Positions 61,056-64,000 of a DNA stretch of 64,000 nucleotides are shown here, in pieces (the stretch's first letter is position 1; each line of letters starts with the position of its first letter). The notes under the pieces were generated by a model that worked only from the letters and a program-made list of their open reading frames with translations, made no database searches and had not been told where the DNA came from. The stretch is from Octopus sinensis. Taxonomy: Eukaryota. A program made the position numbers and the translations under genes. The stretch covers positions 50,158,001 to 50,222,000 of the forward strand of contig NC_043014.1 in assembly GCF_006345805.1 (NCBI RefSeq), read 5' to 3'.

Positions 61056-61327
61056 CTGAAAAACAAAAAGAAATCAACATATTAATTAAACATTCAAGCT
61101 TTAAAAATAAAGTAGGATACAAAATAAACTAAGATAAAAATTAAATTTAAAAACTTTGAACATAGGCGCAGGAGTGGCTGTGCGGTAAGTAGCTTGTTTA
61201 CCAACCACATGGCTCCGCGTTCAGTCTCACTGCGTGGCACCTTGGGCAAGTGTCTTCTACTATAGCCTCGGGCCGACCAAAGCCTTGTGAGTGGATTTGG
61301 TAGACGGAAACTGAAAAGAAGCCTGTC

Positions 61328-61370
<43 letters not shown>

Positions 61371-61869
61371 ATATATATATATATATGTGCATGTGTGTGT
61401 GTGTCCCCCACAACATCGCCTGACAACCGATGCTGGTGTGTTTATGTCCCCGTTATTTAGCGGTTCGGCAAAAGAGACTAATAGTATAAGTACTGGGCTT
61501 ACAAAAGAATAAGTCCCGGGGTCGAATTGCTCGATTAAAGGCGGTGCTCCAGCATGGCCGCAGTCAAATGACTGAAACAAGTAAAAGAGTATGTAAAAAG
61601 AAAGTTTTACAATTTCGATCATTCAGTGAGGAGTCAGTTGTACTTATGACCTCCGTACAGCCTGCGTAGTGTTAAAACTGATGTAATTGAAGATCAACAT
61701 TGGTCAATAAACGCAAATATAGAAGGAAGGAAATTCAAAAGGATAGACATTCAGGGGAGGAAGGATTGGGAAAGTGATTGATGTGCGCTCAGCTGGTGGA
61801 GAAGAGGCTGTTACAATGGACTGGGATTTGGTAGTAAGTTTACTACTATACACTGAATTAGTAAACTGA

Positions 61870-64000
61870 TAGAGACTTCGTTATTGTGGCAGGTGACTTC
61901 AATGGACATATTGGACAGCATCCCCATGGCCCTGGGAATGGGGAGAGAACAAGGCTGCTGGAGTTCTGTGATGCAAATGATCTCATGATCTGCAACACTA
62001 ACTTCAGAAAACCAGCCAGCCACCTAATCACTTATCTGTCTGGTGGGCACATAAGCCAGATTGACTACCTCCTCCCCAGGCAACGGGATAGACAGATGCT
62101 TGCAAATATAAAGTCTTTTCCAGGTGAAGAGTGTACAACCCAACATAGGTTACTAGTTAGTGACTTCAGAATTAGAAAGACTCAAAGAAATAAACCAATC
62201 TGGAAAAGAAGACAAACTATGGAAGCTCAGAGGCCCAGCAAAGAGACAGATATTTAGAGATTTCCTCATGGAAGCTTCTGAGAAAAGAGAGGAAGAGTTG
62301 GGGACATATAGCTTAGAGGATGATTGGAAGTTCCTGCAGGACAATCTACTGAGGGCTACAGACGAAATCTGTGGTTGGTTCTGTGTCCCAGCTAGGCTAA
62401 GGGTGATATGGTGGTGGAACAAGGAGACAGACAGTGCTATAAAAACAAAGGGACAGGCCTGAAAAGACTGGAAAACTGTGGAAGTAGAGTTATATCAGGT
62501 AGCAAGAAGGACAGCTAAGTGTCAGGTTTACAAAAGAATAGCAGAAGGTAAGAGATTTGCAAATGCTCAATACAGTGCGAGTTGTTCAGGACTGCAAAGC
62601 AGTGAACCAGAGTATAGGGATGTGGTGGGTGAAAAATGAATGCAAATGGATAATGGTATGCTTGCACTTGGTGGCTCAGAGATGAAAGAGTGCGGAAGTG
62701 CCACTATGAAAGGTTAATAAATGTGGAAGATAAATGTGGTAGAGTTTACCAAATAGGAAACCAACTGAGGGACCAGCCAGAGTTGATAGCAGCATAATAG
62801 ATAAGGCAATTAAGGATATAAAGACTGAGATTCCCTGGGCCGTCAGGAATCATTGCCAAAATTAATAACATTTCTGGTGATGTAGGATACAGCCTAGTCA
62901 CCCATATAGTTAATCAGATTATTCAGGAAAGCACCATCCCCAATGACTAGCATAATAGTATTATAATTGGCTGCTACAAGGGTAAAGGTGATGCCTTAGA
63001 TAGAAACATCTAAACTGCTAGACCAGGTTATAAAAGTTACTCAATTGATTAGGAATAGAATTTAACTAGATGAGATACAGATGGGTTCTGTACCTGTTCA
63101 GAATACCACACATGCCATCTTCCTAGTGAGAGAACTGCAGGAAAAATATTTGGTCAAAAGTAAGCCATCGTACTTAGCTTTCATCAACATGGTGAGACCT
63201 TTTGACGGAGTCCCCCACTCTGTTATCTGGCGAGTAGAAGAGTGGTTTGTTAGAGCTGTACAAGCCATGTACAGCGGTGCTGTCAGTAAGGTGAGAGTTG
63301 GTCATGAATACAGTGATGAATTTAGTGTACAAGTAGGGGTTCACCAAGGTTCAGTTTTCAGCCCACTCTTATTCCTTATAGCCCTCCAGACCATAACAGA
63401 GGAATTCAAAACTGGATGCCTTTGGGAACTACTTTATGCCGACAGCCTTGTGCTTATTGCAGAATCTGTAGCAGAATTGGGGGAGAACTTCCAGGTATAG
63501 AAGCAAAACCTGGAATCAAAGGGCCTTAAAGTTAACCTAGTAAAGACCGAAGTTGTTGTTAGCAAGAAAGAAGACTCTTTCCATCAGGTAAATTGCCCAG
63601 CTCATTACGTAGGAAAGGAGTTGGAAGAAATTCCATTCACTGCACCCAGTGTAAGCTATGGACACAGAAGAGGTGCAATGAAATCACAGATTAACAGATA
63701 AAGTCGTCTTCATATGTGACAGATGTGCAGGGACAATAAGCACTAAGAGTACAGAGGACATCAATTCTCTCAAATTCCCAGGAGGCTCTCTTCAGGTTGT
63801 AGATAGCTTCTGTTACCTAGGTGACCAAATTAGCAATGATGGCAGATGTTCTGAAAGCATTGCTTCTAGAACAAGAATACAATGGAGAATGTTCAAAGAG
63901 CTATTATCTCCTAACAAAAGGACTCTCAAGAATGAAAGGTAGACTGTGTGATGCTTTTGAGCAAACGGCTATATTCAATGGTAGTGAGACATGGGCTCTG
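61870..64000 (+). mobile_element. Decayed RTE LINE (APE end, RT, Cys-rich PHD-like insert), runs off the window
   Basis: GDFNGHIG, LEFCDANDL, GVHQGSVFSPLLF, ELLYADSLVL, CTQCKLW motifs. Confidence 0.9.

Overview
AT-rich, repeat-dense metazoan DNA; the SINE/LINE/MITE families suggest a coleoid cephalopod, most likely Octopus (inference). The window is occupied by one large minus-strand gene of the NCAM/Fasciclin-2/apCAM family. I reconstructed 13 phase-consistent GT-AG exons (61055 to 32691) encoding 5 Ig domains and 2 FN3 domains. The signal-peptide exon lies beyond 64000 and no transmembrane exon is recognisable inside the window. Three things stand out. (1) After FN3-2, about 31 kb of intron holds a series of small symmetric phase-1 cassette exons (27, 30, 63, 39, 114, 30, 30 nt plus weaker candidates) that could assemble a combinatorial membrane-proximal stalk (acidic/Tyr, Pro-rich and mucin-like modules), followed by several candidate GPI-type or secreted endings; a candidate 6-nt microexon also sits inside Ig1. 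(2) A tRNA-Sec copy (UCA anticodon) lacking its first 6 nt, with its 3' trailer and T4 terminator, is fused to an RTE-type retroelement 3' end, an architecture like U6-L1 chimeras. (3) Ig2 lacks its F-strand cysteine but has an extra A-strand Cys. Introns also contain RTE and CR1 LINE fragments, four tRNA-derived SINE families, mariner and maT transposons, TTAA (piggyBac-type) MITEs, two long hairpins and microsatellites. All exon calls come from splice signals and reading frame by eye, with no transcript data. TE boundaries are approximate unless TSDs are quoted.
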